From the NCBI GenBank assembly GCA_020026035.1, contig JAHHRC010000001.1, positions 11,610-75,609 on the forward strand: a stretch of 64,000 nt of DNA. The letters are read 5' to 3'. Position 1 is the stretch's first letter, and each line of letters starts with the position of its first letter. The notes beneath the pieces are model-generated. The model was given only the letters and a program-made list of their open reading frames with translations. It was not told the origin of the DNA and did not search any database. This stretch comes from Erysipelotrichaceae bacterium (GTDB taxonomy: Bacteria > Bacillota_I > Bacilli_A > Erysipelotrichales > Erysipelotrichaceae). The position numbers and the translations under genes were made by a program. Shown piece by piece: positions 45,201 to 53,749 of this stretch.

Positions 45201-48200
45201 GTTCTCAATTAAACCAGCATTATCACCAACAACACCAGCCCCAGTACTCTTACACCCAACAAAATTAAAGTTCTTTACCGTACCTTTATTATTACCAACA
45301 AATGCTTGTTGTAAGCCTTTGATGTCATAGCTAGAGAAAGGCTTTTGACCGCTACCCGCATAACTACCATCTAACGTACAAGCAACATCCTTTAACATAC
45401 CTACGTTACTTAAATCTAAGTCCACGGTTTGATGAATGGTTATAGCTTCATTTGTTAACAAGGTATCTTGGTTACTATTTTGTAACGCAACTAATTGCTC
45501 GTATTGTTCTTTATGACGAATCTCAAAATACGTTTTCGGTTCTTTTTCATCTACCGACACCGATTTCGCGAGATATGGAACATACATAAAGAGTGCTGTG
45601 TCGTTCCCATTCCATTTGAAGACAATTTTCATTTCTTCAGGTTTATCACTCATCTTAAAGTATTGACGTTCAATTGATAACTTCGTCCATTCTTTCGGCA
45701 ACTTATACATAAGGTATTGACGATTTAAATCACCCTTCGATTTCGCTTTAATTTCATTCACAATTCCCTGTTGTAGATTATCTTCCACCCTGGAAGCTAC
45801 ATCATGAATACTATTCCCAGCGCCAACTAACTTAAGAGCTTGATCACCAATTTTTACGACATTCTCGTTTCCAGCTTCATTTTTAGTATAGTTTTCATGA
45901 ACAACTAACACATACCCCCATTCAACGTTATTTTTTATGCCTTTTTCCTGGTTGAATGTGTTTTGAATATGTACTTTTTCGTTGTTAATATTCGCTTTAT
46001 CGTCTTTGCGGTTGCTGAGCCAACCATCGAAATAATACTGATCACCAATCTTTTCGTAGTACACAAGTCCATATGCTACATCGACCTTTCCACCCATAAT
46101 CCAGTCGCCAACATGCATACCTCCCTTGTCACTATCTTTTGGTAATCCTGTTTTGTTTACAGTTTTGAATGGATAGTGCATCGTTTCATTCCCATTCGCA
46201 TTTGTATATTCATGGTATGGTCTTGAGTCATTTTTCTCTTTGAACTCTTTTCCATCTTTGTCTTTCACCAGTTCATCGTACGAACAAGCTTTATACGCAT
46301 TCGCCAAAGATTCTTGAATGACAGTATTTCCAAAGGCATTACGATTATCAGCGTTCATGTATGAATTTAAAGGACCAGAATTGAAAATAGCCAAAATAGC
46401 CTCTAATTTATTCGTTAAGTCACCTTCATCTTCTACCTTTTCCACAAACGAACCAACCAACATTCCTAAATGGAAATCGTTTGCATACTTTTGTTTTGAT
46501 TCGCCAAATACATTTCCTACAAAATAACTATCCTGTATTTTAATATCTTTGTTATGTGCTTCAAGTGCACCAACAAGTCCACCTGCTCCAACGAATTCTT
46601 TGAATGAATTAGTTGGTTTTTCTAATCCTTCATCTTCCAATAACTTCGAATTTCCAACTTGAATGGATGCCGTTGAATAACAATTATTCACATTTAGATA
46701 AGATACATTACCGTGCAATCTACCAATCAATCCACCAGCAAAGTTTCCACCTTCAATATTCATACAATCATCATTATTGTATTCGATGATTTCTTTATCT
46801 TTGATTGGATGATTGAAACGTTTTGCATCAAGCGCACCACTCGAATAACTATTTTCAATCGTTAGACTTGTATTATTCCCACGTACTTTCGCAACTAAAC
46901 CACCAGATACGTTTCTTGCTCTCATACGAATCGACGCAAAGGAATCTTTAATAGACACATTTGCATTATCCACCATTCCAATAAGACCACCAGTGAATCG
47001 ACCAGTCATTTGATTGTTTTCATAGTGTTCTAGATCACTTGCATACACACCACATTGATCAATCGTAACATTTCCGCCATCTGCTACGTATCCAATGAAA
47101 GATCCAACCGATGTTTTAGAACCAATCACCTTTTTCTTATTATCAATTTCACTTGTTCCTAAGATTAGAACAGGATTCTCTATGAGGACATTCTCTAGTT
47201 TTACATTTCCTTTTACACACCCAAATAAGCCCGAACCGTAAGAAACAGGAACATTCTCAAGATTCAACGCTGTCTTATAGAATTCAAATTCATGTAAGAC
47301 GTTCTTATTTCCATGAACCGTTAAATCTTGAGAGACTTTGATTGGTAAGAACTTATCTGCTTGTTCTTTCGTTTTACCTTTTCCATCAAATGGATAAACA
47401 ACCACTTTTGCTTGTTTATTTGTTTGTGTTTTTTTCACTTTTTCCACAAAGCTATTAACGTCTTCCTGTGCATCGTTTGGTTTCTTCCAATACAACGGAT
47501 TCACGAGTTCTACCTGATGGCGTTTTAGTGTATCAAAGTTAACATTCGATACTTCTTCACTCAAATTCTGTAAGTGACGAACATTGGTAATATAAATCTT
47601 GTTGTCATCGATTGAATCAAACGCGGAATTCATCTTCACAACCTTTGCACAAGGTAATGATTTCTTTCCGTTTTTGTCTTGTCCTTCTAAAACCAATCGC
47701 ACTTCTACATCCATTCCTGGTGTGAAGTTTTCAATATCAAACAAGTTTCCAAAGTGTCCGTTCTTTTTTGTAATGGTATCTAACGTAATCGTCGCTTGAT
47801 TCTCTTTTACCTCAATGTATTCAGATAATTTTTCTTTCGGCACATTTATATCAACAAACTTTGACTTCTTATCATTTGCGATCCGTGCCTGTACGTTTAC
47901 AACATTAAGCTTTGAAAAGGTGGAATCTTCAAGTTTTACTTCTACTCGTAAGGTTTCATCATTCATAACCTTTACCGTTGGTTGAATTGATACCCCACGA
48001 TCTTGTTTCAAAGTTTCTCCACCATAGTAACCAATGATCCATTGTTTGCCATCTTTCTTATGGTTTCTTGCCTTCTTACGAACATCAGACTCTTCCATCT
48101 TTCGAATGCGATCTAAATACGTATAGTCATCAAAGCCCATTGTATTATCCGTATAGAATACCCCATGGACAAATCCTGTATCCTTACATACTTCTATAAT

Positions 48201-48587
48201 ATAGTGTTGGTCTTTACGAATTGTTTCATCAATGGACCCAAACGGCAAAATAGATGGAACGTTTCCCTTTCCATCGTATTTGATATATGACACTGTTTCA
48301 TCTTCACTTGCATCACTTGGTATAGGATTACAGAGCTCATAGGAATCGTGATTTACCCAATCCTTCCCATTTGCAAGCTGGGCACTTATTTCATTTTGAG
48401 CCGTAATGAAAATAGAACGCGCCGTATCGTTCATTTCTTTTAGTTTTAACTTTCTTTGATACGTAAAGATTGACACAAACCCAATGGACGCAAGAATCAT
48501 CGTAATTGCGACTACGATCAATACTTCACCAAGTGTGTATCCCTTTTTCGCATTTCTATTTCCAAATACTCTCATATATAAATTCAC
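42261..48587 (-). CDS. Giant (~2100 aa) type IV pilin-like adhesin
   Basis: Class III signal KKG|YTLGE plus hydrophobic helix; GLUG-like GGL(I/V)G repeats; NxG repeats; acidic C-terminal tail; likely start at ATG 48575. Confidence 0.85.
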   Translation of the reverse strand: MNLYMRVFGNRNAKKGYTLGEVLIVVAITMILASIGFVSIFTYQRKLKLKEMNDTARSIFITAQNEISAQLANGKDWVNHDSYELCNPIPSDASEDETVSYIKYDGKGNVPSILPFGSIDETIRKDQHYIIEVCKDTGFVHGVFYTDNTMGFDDYTYLDRIRKMEESDVRKKARNHKKDGKQWIIGYYGGETLKQDRGVSIQPTVKVMNDETLRVEVKLEDSTFSKLNVVNVQARIANDKKSKFVDINVPKEKLSEYIEVKENQATITLDTITKKNGHFGNLFDIENFTPGMDVEVRLVLEGQDKNGKKSLPCAKVVKMNSAFDSIDDNKIYITNVRHLQNLSEEVSNVNFDTLKRHQVELVNPLYWKKPNDAQEDVNSFVEKVKKTQTNKQAKVVVYPFDGKGKTKEQADKFLPIKVSQDLTVHGNKNVLHEFEFYKTALNLENVPVSYGSGLFGCVKGNVKLENVLIENPVLILGTSEIDNKKKVIGSKTSVGSFIGYVADGGNVTIDQCGVYASDLEHYENNQMTGRFTGGLIGMVDNANVSIKDSFASIRMRARNVSGGLVAKVRGNNTSLTIENSYSSGALDAKRFNHPIKDKEIIEYNNDDCMNIEGGNFAGGLIGRLHGNVSYLNVNNCYSTASIQVGNSKLLEDEGLEKPTNSFKEFVGAGGLVGALEAHNKDIKIQDSYFVGNVFGESKQKYANDFHLGMLVGSFVEKVEDEGDLTNKLEAILAIFNSGPLNSYMNADNRNAFGNTVIQESLANAYKACSYDELVKDKDGKEFKEKNDSRPYHEYTNANGNETMHYPFKTVNKTGLPKDSDKGGMHVGDWIMGGKVDVAYGLVYYEKIGDQYYFDGWLSNRKDDKANINNEKVHIQNTFNQEKGIKNNVEWGYVLVVHENYTKNEAGNENVVKIGDQALKLVGAGNSIHDVASRVEDNLQQGIVNEIKAKSKGDLNRQYLMYKLPKEWTKLSIERQYFKMSDKPEEMKIVFKWNGNDTALFMYVPYLAKSVSVDEKEPKTYFEIRHKEQYEQLVALQNSNQDTLLTNEAITIHQTVDLDLSNVGMLKDVACTLDGSYAGSGQKPFSSYDIKGLQQAFVGNNKGTVKNFNFVGCKSTGAGVVGDNAGLIENCNYVNSNAVSGIANLNGQNGTIRNCHVWNTNPSKEMIVTNGIVESNEGIIDFCEVSGTNAETVQFNGGGQFNINTENKMKVTYGIARENMNSIQNCRVRNIGSSNLYATKTWKETEVSSIQYTDSSTLAYGIVETNRGEIVNPLVEECLVLNSGIANTNFGTIKGMKSQPSIVHSVMKENGLLERNDGNVENVDIVNSLVGKVGAVKTNAGIMSGCQLFSNKELFETYLSKYFDLNTYTYKGGIDGSTNKNIPIHMIYEPNELIGMYSKLAYGDQKDDLKKQLKSQLNQIRDASVGDLYTLMSIGNKGTDAIGFVAYNEKRISNCSVTAKLDVLPNNNRAFAIGFAVNNEGEIDCSYANTEMNPVSLNEIVMYTGFVYRLEPNSTTKNCFAIGDINHPEESRLDGFVYEVNGTPNISNNYCYVYNGHYKHKNYVPFSYRGTMQKNGNNYNYEVNLSEQLEQDESRGLFSANVEVLNDELWNVDGYTRTFNEGNQRYVPYSKLINGFPMGYFGDLQIPLYGNYHLDHPELRGKNVFIEKIDLGHEPHRDGNYVLAQSINLAYISNDGYVDRVTLSDVYLDCEMMSEDIIRLYTKEKYTLKFNSLKTQYKCNVATDAIGWSLKKNYIPLRISVERNWNRYSDDGKYYDLADFVYEVKGFSGTLLSWSKWDKEYSVHTDIGKEIVNPKYFKKQFNYPIGKLNLVDQNVFDAKGTVKIGQYGLFPEKDDYLTFDNSQPIPSFSKKLDGDVYTYTLNTENTRFIFDQSVIGKMYLNIYNEEQKVDEKSIKLEYQTDEVQTWDGKIVNVLSSLTFKVNARPFVLEDVERAIERDYPAESYDVDVIRELYNENVQKILDVANAYPIDGYSFDAFKAANTELFTNLENLPTVEQLEEMNKKFEEIVTAEKVAELNQLVEEMRNKFEDPTWQAFMDGYAKKLENVDINQYFEEAEEVKMEAEPVANEEEKAIEEAGPVENEITDEEEH

Positions 48588-48610
48588 CCTATCTAGATGT
48601 TTGTAGTTTT

Positions 48611-49171
48611 TTAATCTCTTTGAATTCTAAGACCAGATAAGTCTTTTACTCCTTCAACGGTTTCATAGTAGGTAACTTGCATACTAGCATGTACATCTTC
48701 TTCACTTGCGTCCATACTCACTGTACTTACAATGCAACGATATGGACCTTCAGAAAGATTCTTTAAAATCCGTTTGAAGTTTTCATAATTGTTTGTCGTA
48801 AACGATATATTCGCATTTCTTCGAACAATCGAACCTTCTAATTCTGGTTCATTCCAAGAAATACTCACATTCTTCGCACTTGTATTCAATGCAAGATTAA
48901 TCGCATTGATTTCATTTGCTTGGTTGTTGTATTTCAGGATTTCTCCTTTGTATTGGTCTTTGTTTTGGGCAATAGCCGTTTTCATCTTCGCAAGATGCAT
49001 GGCCTTTGCTTGTTCAAGATCCATTTCTTCTTGAATGGAATCAACATCATACAGTTCCATTTGATGCTTAAAGTCAATGTAGGCTACTTTGTAATAAAAC
49101 GTTCCTAACAACATAATCGTAAATACCAGCAACAATAACTTTTCACGATTCGTAAATTCATGATTCATCAT
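48611..49171 (-). CDS. PilO-like alignment subunit
   Basis: FTNREKLLL + TM + coiled coil + ferredoxin-like C-terminus; follows pilM and the pilN-like gene. Confidence 0.72.
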   Translation of the reverse strand: MMNHEFTNREKLLLLVFTIMLLGTFYYKVAYIDFKHQMELYDVDSIQEEMDLEQAKAMHLAKMKTAIAQNKDQYKGEILKYNNQANEINAINLALNTSAKNVSISWNEPELEGSIVRRNANISFTTNNYENFKRILKNLSEGPYRCIVSTVSMDASEEDVHASMQVTYYETVEGVKDLSGLRIQRD

Positions 49172-49803
49172 TACTCTTGCCCTCCATTTACTTCTTCAAC
49201 TACCTTTTCACCATATTCAATCACAAAGGTCGCATAGACATCATTCTCATTCCCACTTTGTTCACAAGAAGTTGTTGTTACCGAACAATAGCGATTGCGA
49301 TGATCATTTTGCATCAAACGCAAGACTTCACTCACCTTTGCGATCGTTGTCTTTTCTGTATTTACAACAATGCTAGAACCATCTACCCGAATCGATCGAA
49401 CTTCCATCTTTCCAATGACATCTTCCTCTACCATTGCAAATACATCCAACTTATTTGGTTGTAAGATTTCATCTTCTCGTAAATACCATTCCGATACCAT
49501 TTCGTATTCAGACTTAATGGCGTTATATTCTTCATTGTTTTCTTTCAAGACATTTAAGCTTTGAACTTCTTTTTCATAAAGCATCTGTGCTTGTTTGATT
49601 TCTTGCATTGGTTCAATAATCGCAAACTTTGTAAAGATGCCTAATACCACAACAAATACCGCAAACCACTTAATGGCATTCTTATTCTCTTTCTCACTTA
49701 CATTGTGAACTAAGTTAATCTTTGTCTTCGTTGGATATTTATTCATCGCTTTGCCAACGGACAATTCCTTATTTAGGAAATGTTTCTTATTGTTTTGACT
49801 CAT
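49171..49803 (-). CDS. PilN-like alignment subunit
   Basis: INL motif before a TM, then coiled coil; directly after pilM. Confidence 0.72.
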   Translation of the reverse strand: MSQNNKKHFLNKELSVGKAMNKYPTKTKINLVHNVSEKENKNAIKWFAVFVVVLGIFTKFAIIEPMQEIKQAQMLYEKEVQSLNVLKENNEEYNAIKSEYEMVSEWYLREDEILQPNKLDVFAMVEEDVIGKMEVRSIRVDGSSIVVNTEKTTIAKVSEVLRLMQNDHRNRYCSVTTTSCEQSGNENDVYATFVIEYGEKVVEEVNGGQE

Positions 49804-49812
49804 AAAAACCCC

Positions 49813-50805
49813 CTAAAGATTCCAAAGAACACCAAGTGCAGCTGGGGCATTGCACAATGCCTGCTTGATTCCAGCATCCTTGCTCAACATATGTAAATCA
49901 ACTAGTTGTAGTGGCACAATCGCTTGCATGGCATCAAACATACAATGCAAATTCGCACCTCCACCAACAACATACATCGTCTCTAATGTATTCTCTCTTT
50001 TTTGATACGTATAATAGTTCACAGCGCGCATTGCCGAAATCGCAATCCCATTGCATTCTTCCACAATCGCTTCCTGTTCTAAGATGCCATCGGTATTTTG
50101 CATCAAACAATGCATTGCGACATGTTCATCCATTCCTAAGACATCACTTGCTTTTTCTACTAAGCTGCTAACACCTTGTTCAATCTCACGATTCAACTCA
50201 AAGATTCCCTTGTGATACAAGTTAATCCGTGTAGAAACATACCCTAAATCCATGATTGCATAATCCTGGTTCATATTTGATTGGTTTAAGGTTTGCATCA
50301 AATTACTATAGGCAAGACACTCCGGTAACGCTTCTACTAGCTTTAATCCAGCTAACTTAAACATATAGGCATACTTATCCATAAGCACAATTGAAACAGC
50401 AACTGCTAGTAAATCCATTTCAACCACCTTACCAGATTCATCTTCCACAAGTTCTACCATCCGATAGTCATATAAGAAATCTTGCTTATCTCCTGGAATA
50501 AAATCCTTAAACTCATATGGTAAATTCACTGCAAGCTGAGAAGCATTCATCGCTGGCATTCGAATGCGACGAATATACACCGCATCATCTGGCACAACGA
50601 AGGACACTTTTTTGCTTGCAAAATGATACTTCTTAAATAGTTCTTTTAGGAAATCTGCCATTGCTTCAAAGGCAATAATTTCACCATTACGAACCATATT
50701 CAAAGGAACATCTTCCACAACACATTGCACAAGCTCATTCCCTTTCATTTCTACGATCTTGATCAAACGATTGCCAATCTCAATCCCAATTGAAGTCTTT
50801 GCCAT
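49813..50805 (-). CDS. pilM: Type IV pilus assembly protein PilM
   Basis: Actin-like motifs IGIEIG..LIK, DLG..ST, VVGGGA, A.GV. Confidence 0.9.
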   Translation of the reverse strand: MAKTSIGIEIGNRLIKIVEMKGNELVQCVVEDVPLNMVRNGEIIAFEAMADFLKELFKKYHFASKKVSFVVPDDAVYIRRIRMPAMNASQLAVNLPYEFKDFIPGDKQDFLYDYRMVELVEDESGKVVEMDLLAVAVSIVLMDKYAYMFKLAGLKLVEALPECLAYSNLMQTLNQSNMNQDYAIMDLGYVSTRINLYHKGIFELNREIEQGVSSLVEKASDVLGMDEHVAMHCLMQNTDGILEQEAIVEECNGIAISAMRAVNYYTYQKRENTLETMYVVGGGANLHCMFDAMQAIVPLQLVDLHMLSKDAGIKQALCNAPAALGVLWNL

Positions 50806-50815
50806 AACTTACCTC

Positions 50816-51595
50816 CTATATGAACAATCCAAGATACCAACTCAACACATACGACCCATACAGTAACGTCAAATACGTCGCTATACTAATCGATGGTCCA
50901 AACGGAATCTTTGAATTCTTAAGTACCACTACAAACACTAAACCAATCAAACATGACACAAATAAATTCAGAAACGATAGCCCCATACCAAGATACAAGC
51001 CAACCATAAAGAACAGCTTAATATCTCCGCCACCCATTCCTTCTTTCTTTGCGACAAGTTCAAACAACAAGGTAATCCCCAACATCAAACCACTTACCAC
51101 AAAGCCACCAAGTAGCCCTGTCTTCAGTTGTTCAAGCAAAGGTTCACCCATTAAAAAACACGTCAAGAACCAAACAACAATCCCACTCACAATATATCCA
51201 TCGGGAATCTCATATGTCTTAAAATCCACAATCGATAACCCAAACAAGATACATACCAAACACAAATATCTAAGACACAAAACACTCAATCCAAACCGAT
51301 TCACAATGCCCATAAACAAGCATCCAAGTAACACTTCCCCAAACAAACAACTACTTGGAATCTTATTCCCACAATTCGAACACTTGCCCTTATTCCATAC
51401 ATACGAAACAATCGGAATTAAATCCTTCGCACCTAATTCATGCCCACAAGAATCACACTTTGAATGTCCATGAACCCAATCCTTCTTACTTGCAATACGA
51501 TCTGCTTGACATGTAAGAAAGCTTGCAAAGATCGAACCCAACACAAATGAGACGAAAAGTAGATACCCTCTTGTATATACATCCAACAATTCCAT
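50816..51595 (-). CDS. pilD: Prepilin peptidase (A24A)
   Basis: Two CxxC pairs, D...YEIPD, GMGGGDIKL, IPFGP. Confidence 0.95.
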   Translation of the reverse strand: MELLDVYTRGYLLFVSFVLGSIFASFLTCQADRIASKKDWVHGHSKCDSCGHELGAKDLIPIVSYVWNKGKCSNCGNKIPSSCLFGEVLLGCLFMGIVNRFGLSVLCLRYLCLVCILFGLSIVDFKTYEIPDGYIVSGIVVWFLTCFLMGEPLLEQLKTGLLGGFVVSGLMLGITLLFELVAKKEGMGGGDIKLFFMVGLYLGMGLSFLNLFVSCLIGLVFVVVLKNSKIPFGPSISIATYLTLLYGSYVLSWYLGLFI

Positions 51596-51598
51596 ACA

Positions 51599-52030
51599 CT
51601 ACTTCCCCTTCACCCAATCAAGCTCCACCTTGCCATCTTTCACCAAGGCCCGAATGACCAACGTTCCAATATCCCCAGATACCTTCTTCCCTTGGATCTT
51701 CACAACACGTTGTTCGTTATATCCTTTAGGCTTAAAACCAACATACGTATTTCGATTCACATCAAAGTAACCAACATAGCCACTTCCATTAAAATGCGAA
51801 CACGCACCACCAGAACACCCTTGAACAACACATTCACTGCCTTGATTCGAATTCACATAGGCAACCGATTCTGCCGTATTCACCGTCAATCGATCATTGC
51901 CATGTTCCCAACAAGATTCTAAGAATGAGAAGCCCTCAAACACAAAGAAGAACACCATTCCAACAATGCCAATCAACAAAACCAATTCCAATGATGAAAT
52001 ACTCCCTCTTCTTTGTCTTAATCTTTCCAT
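51599..52030 (-). CDS. Pilin-like protein with atypical N-terminus
   Basis: RRG|SISSLE plus hydrophobic helix; C-terminal YFD..GYN..VKDG..DW pattern shared with the pilin at 53212-53655. Confidence 0.65.
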   Translation of the reverse strand: MERLRQRRGSISSLELVLLIGIVGMVFFFVFEGFSFLESCWEHGNDRLTVNTAESVAYVNSNQGSECVVQGCSGGACSHFNGSGYVGYFDVNRNTYVGFKPKGYNEQRVVKIQGKKVSGDIGTLVIRALVKDGKVELDWVKGK

Positions 52031-52055
52031 AGAACCCCTCATTCTCTCTTACGAT

Positions 52056-52083
52056 AAAAAGCACGACGCGAGTCATGCCTTTT
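52056..52083 (-). terminator. Terminator after the pilin triplet
   Basis: Minus strand GGCATGAC-TCGC-GTCGTGCT-TTTT. Confidence 0.72.
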
Positions 52084-52086
52084 AAA

Positions 52087-52494
52087 TTATTTCGATAAAC
52101 CTAAATCTTTTTTTACTTCTTCAACAGTAGGTTTTGTTTCAATTGTTTCGCCTTTAATTGTTACGCCGATTGTTTCAAACACCTTATCTTTTGGTTCTTC
52201 ATCAATGCCTGAAACCATAGCAGGTTCGACATCGCCTTTAGTTTCTCCAATCTTTGCGATTGTTCCCTTAGCAACGTCGTATGTATACGCAACCATTTTT
52301 GTTTCACCTTCTGTTAGGTAATCCGCAACAGCTGCAGCCTTTGCAGCACGAATGTTTGCCTGGTTTGTTGCTAGTTTTGCCTTATTCAATTTTCCATTGA
52401 AGATTGGAATTGAAATCGCAACTAATACAGCAACAATCGCTACTACAATAAGTAGTTCGGCTAATGTAAATCCTTTTTTGTTTAGCTTTTTCAT
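52087..52494 (-). CDS. Type IV pilin 3 (major-type)
   Basis: KKG|FTLAELLIVVAIVAVLVAISIP; SD AAAGGGA. Confidence 0.93.
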   Translation of the reverse strand: MKKLNKKGFTLAELLIVVAIVAVLVAISIPIFNGKLNKAKLATNQANIRAAKAAAVADYLTEGETKMVAYTYDVAKGTIAKIGETKGDVEPAMVSGIDEEPKDKVFETIGVTIKGETIETKPTVEEVKKDLGLSK

Positions 52495-52585
52495 AGTTTT
52501 TCCCTTTCACACTTTCTTTTTTATTTCTACAAGCAAGCATACGTCCCTAGTGCAAACTCGCTTATAAAAACCATATTTCCCTAAA

Positions 52586-52822
52586 CTGACTGCTCCCACG
52601 GGCAAGCCCATGGGGTTCTGATTATCAAGTGTAGCTTGTAATCGTACATCATTTTCAGACTTTGGAGTTACAAGTATAAGTCTATTTAAATCAAAACTTT
52701 CATTACCAAGCAGTCCAACGACCACATTAGCGGTAAATTTCTGCTTTTCAGCAAGGAAGTACAGTCAATCTCCCTTGTGGCTTTCATCCCACACGCAAGC
52801 ATGTGGGTTTTCGCCACGATTT
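52586..52822 (-). mobile_element. 237-bp non-autonomous IS200/IS605-family element (PATE-like) inserted in pilin 2
   Basis: TTAT target 5' of the left end. Left hairpin CCCACATGC-TT-GCGTGTGGG preceded by AAAA. Right hairpin CCCATGGGC-TT-GCCCGTGGG preceded by GAAC and ending in TCAG. No TSD, no transposase. Confidence 0.85.
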
Positions 52823-53193
52823 ATAACGGCAGAATCTGCACAATCAATACCAGAACTCAGCTCATCACAAAGGCCATCTTTTAAAAACTTCTTAAGTTCA
52901 TCACCATACAATTTGTTATAGCCAACAACATCGGCACTGTACTCAAAAAGTCTTCCAGAATGCGCATCGTAATAATACGTAATTCCACTGTTATGTTCCG
53001 TTGGATCTAAATAGTATTCAGCTAGCGCTGCAACCTTCGCAGCTCGTATATTCGCTATGTCGGTATTGCGCTTTGCTTGAACTAATTTCCCATTAAAAAT
53101 TGGAACAGAGATTCCAACTAGCACACTCACAATCGCAACTACGATCAAAAGTTCCGCCAATGAGAATCCCTGTTTGTCGTTATATTTCTTCAT
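52765..53193 (-). CDS. Type IV pilin 2; last 18 residues supplied by the inserted element (reconstructed uninterrupted gene ends at 52507, 149 aa)
   Basis: KQG|FSLAELLIVVAIVSVL; stop TGA lies inside the element; no obvious SD. Confidence 0.88.
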   Translation of the reverse strand: MKKYNDKQGFSLAELLIVVAIVSVLVGISVPIFNGKLVQAKRNTDIANIRAAKVAALAEYYLDPTEHNSGITYYYDAHSGRLFEYSADVVGYNKLYGDELKKFLKDGLCDELSSGIDCADSAVINRGENPHACVWDESHKGD

Positions 53194-53211
53194 ATAGAAA
53201 TGCTTAAATAA

Positions 53212-53655
53212 CTAATTTTGCTTAGCGGCTACCCATTCAACATCAACGCCAGCATCAGTAGCGTTACCGTCTTTTACAGTTACCTTTAATGCATACTTAT
53301 CTGCTGCATCCGCATTTTTGTATTCTGCAGTAGGAATTTTCTTAATTGCATCTGTATCGCTAATTGTTAATTTGTTATAACCATTAACTTTCTTAAGTGC
53401 CTCTGCATTATCTACTAGCTTTCCGTTTTCTGCATCATAGAAATATGTGCCATCTTTGTGAGTTTCTTCTGTTAAGTACTCAGCTACTGCAGCTGCCTTT
53501 GCTGCACGTACGTTTGCTTGGTCTGTCGCAATCTTTGCCTTCTTCAATTTACCATTGAAAATAGGAATTGAAATTGCCACAAGAACAGCCACGATTGCCA
53601 CTACAATCAGTAGTTCGGCTAGGGTGAAACCTTTTTTGTTATTCAATTCTTTCAT
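53212..53655 (-). CDS. Type IV pilin 1 (probable major pilin)
   Basis: KKG|FTLAELLIVVAIVAVLVAISIP; SD GAGGAG; dedicated promoter. Confidence 0.94.
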   Translation of the reverse strand: MKELNNKKGFTLAELLIVVAIVAVLVAISIPIFNGKLKKAKIATDQANVRAAKAAAVAEYLTEETHKDGTYFYDAENGKLVDNAEALKKVNGYNKLTISDTDAIKKIPTAEYKNADAADKYALKVTVKDGNATDAGVDVEWVAAKQN

Positions 53656-53677
53656 TGTATCATTCTCCTCGATTATG

Positions 53678-53705
53678 ATTATAACTGTATTTTTATTTAT
53701 GTAAA
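53678..53705 (-). promoter_or_regulatory. Internal SigA-like promoter for the pilin triplet
   Basis: Minus strand TTTACA-16 nt-TATAAT with very AT-rich upstream DNA. Confidence 0.65.
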
Positions 53706-53749
53706 TATTAATAAATAACTTTATATTACCTTTACCAATTTATAACATA

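Noticed and set aside
50820..51473. 217-aa plus-strand ORF and similar antisense ORFs over dnaK, tsf, pyk etc.
   Set aside because: Shadow frames of well-supported opposite-strand genes
52507..52725. 72-aa ORF as an independent gene
   Set aside because: Chimera of element interior and the displaced pilin-2 3' end; no SD
52765..52767. Recoding of the single in-frame TGA in the element to give a 228-aa pilin
   Set aside because: One stop in 79 codons can occur by chance, and there is no evidence for a SECIS or readthrough signal
52586..52822. Element as a self-splicing IStron (5' exon ends in U, element ends in G)
   Set aside because: No ordered group I P/Q/R/S core. AGACTT and AAGTCT are only 15 nt apart, leaving no room for P3/P8. 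RT-PCR would settle it.
52495..53749. c-di-GMP riboswitch upstream of pilin genes
   Set aside because: No class I or II consensus recognised; the structured region is explained by the IS200/IS605-type ends
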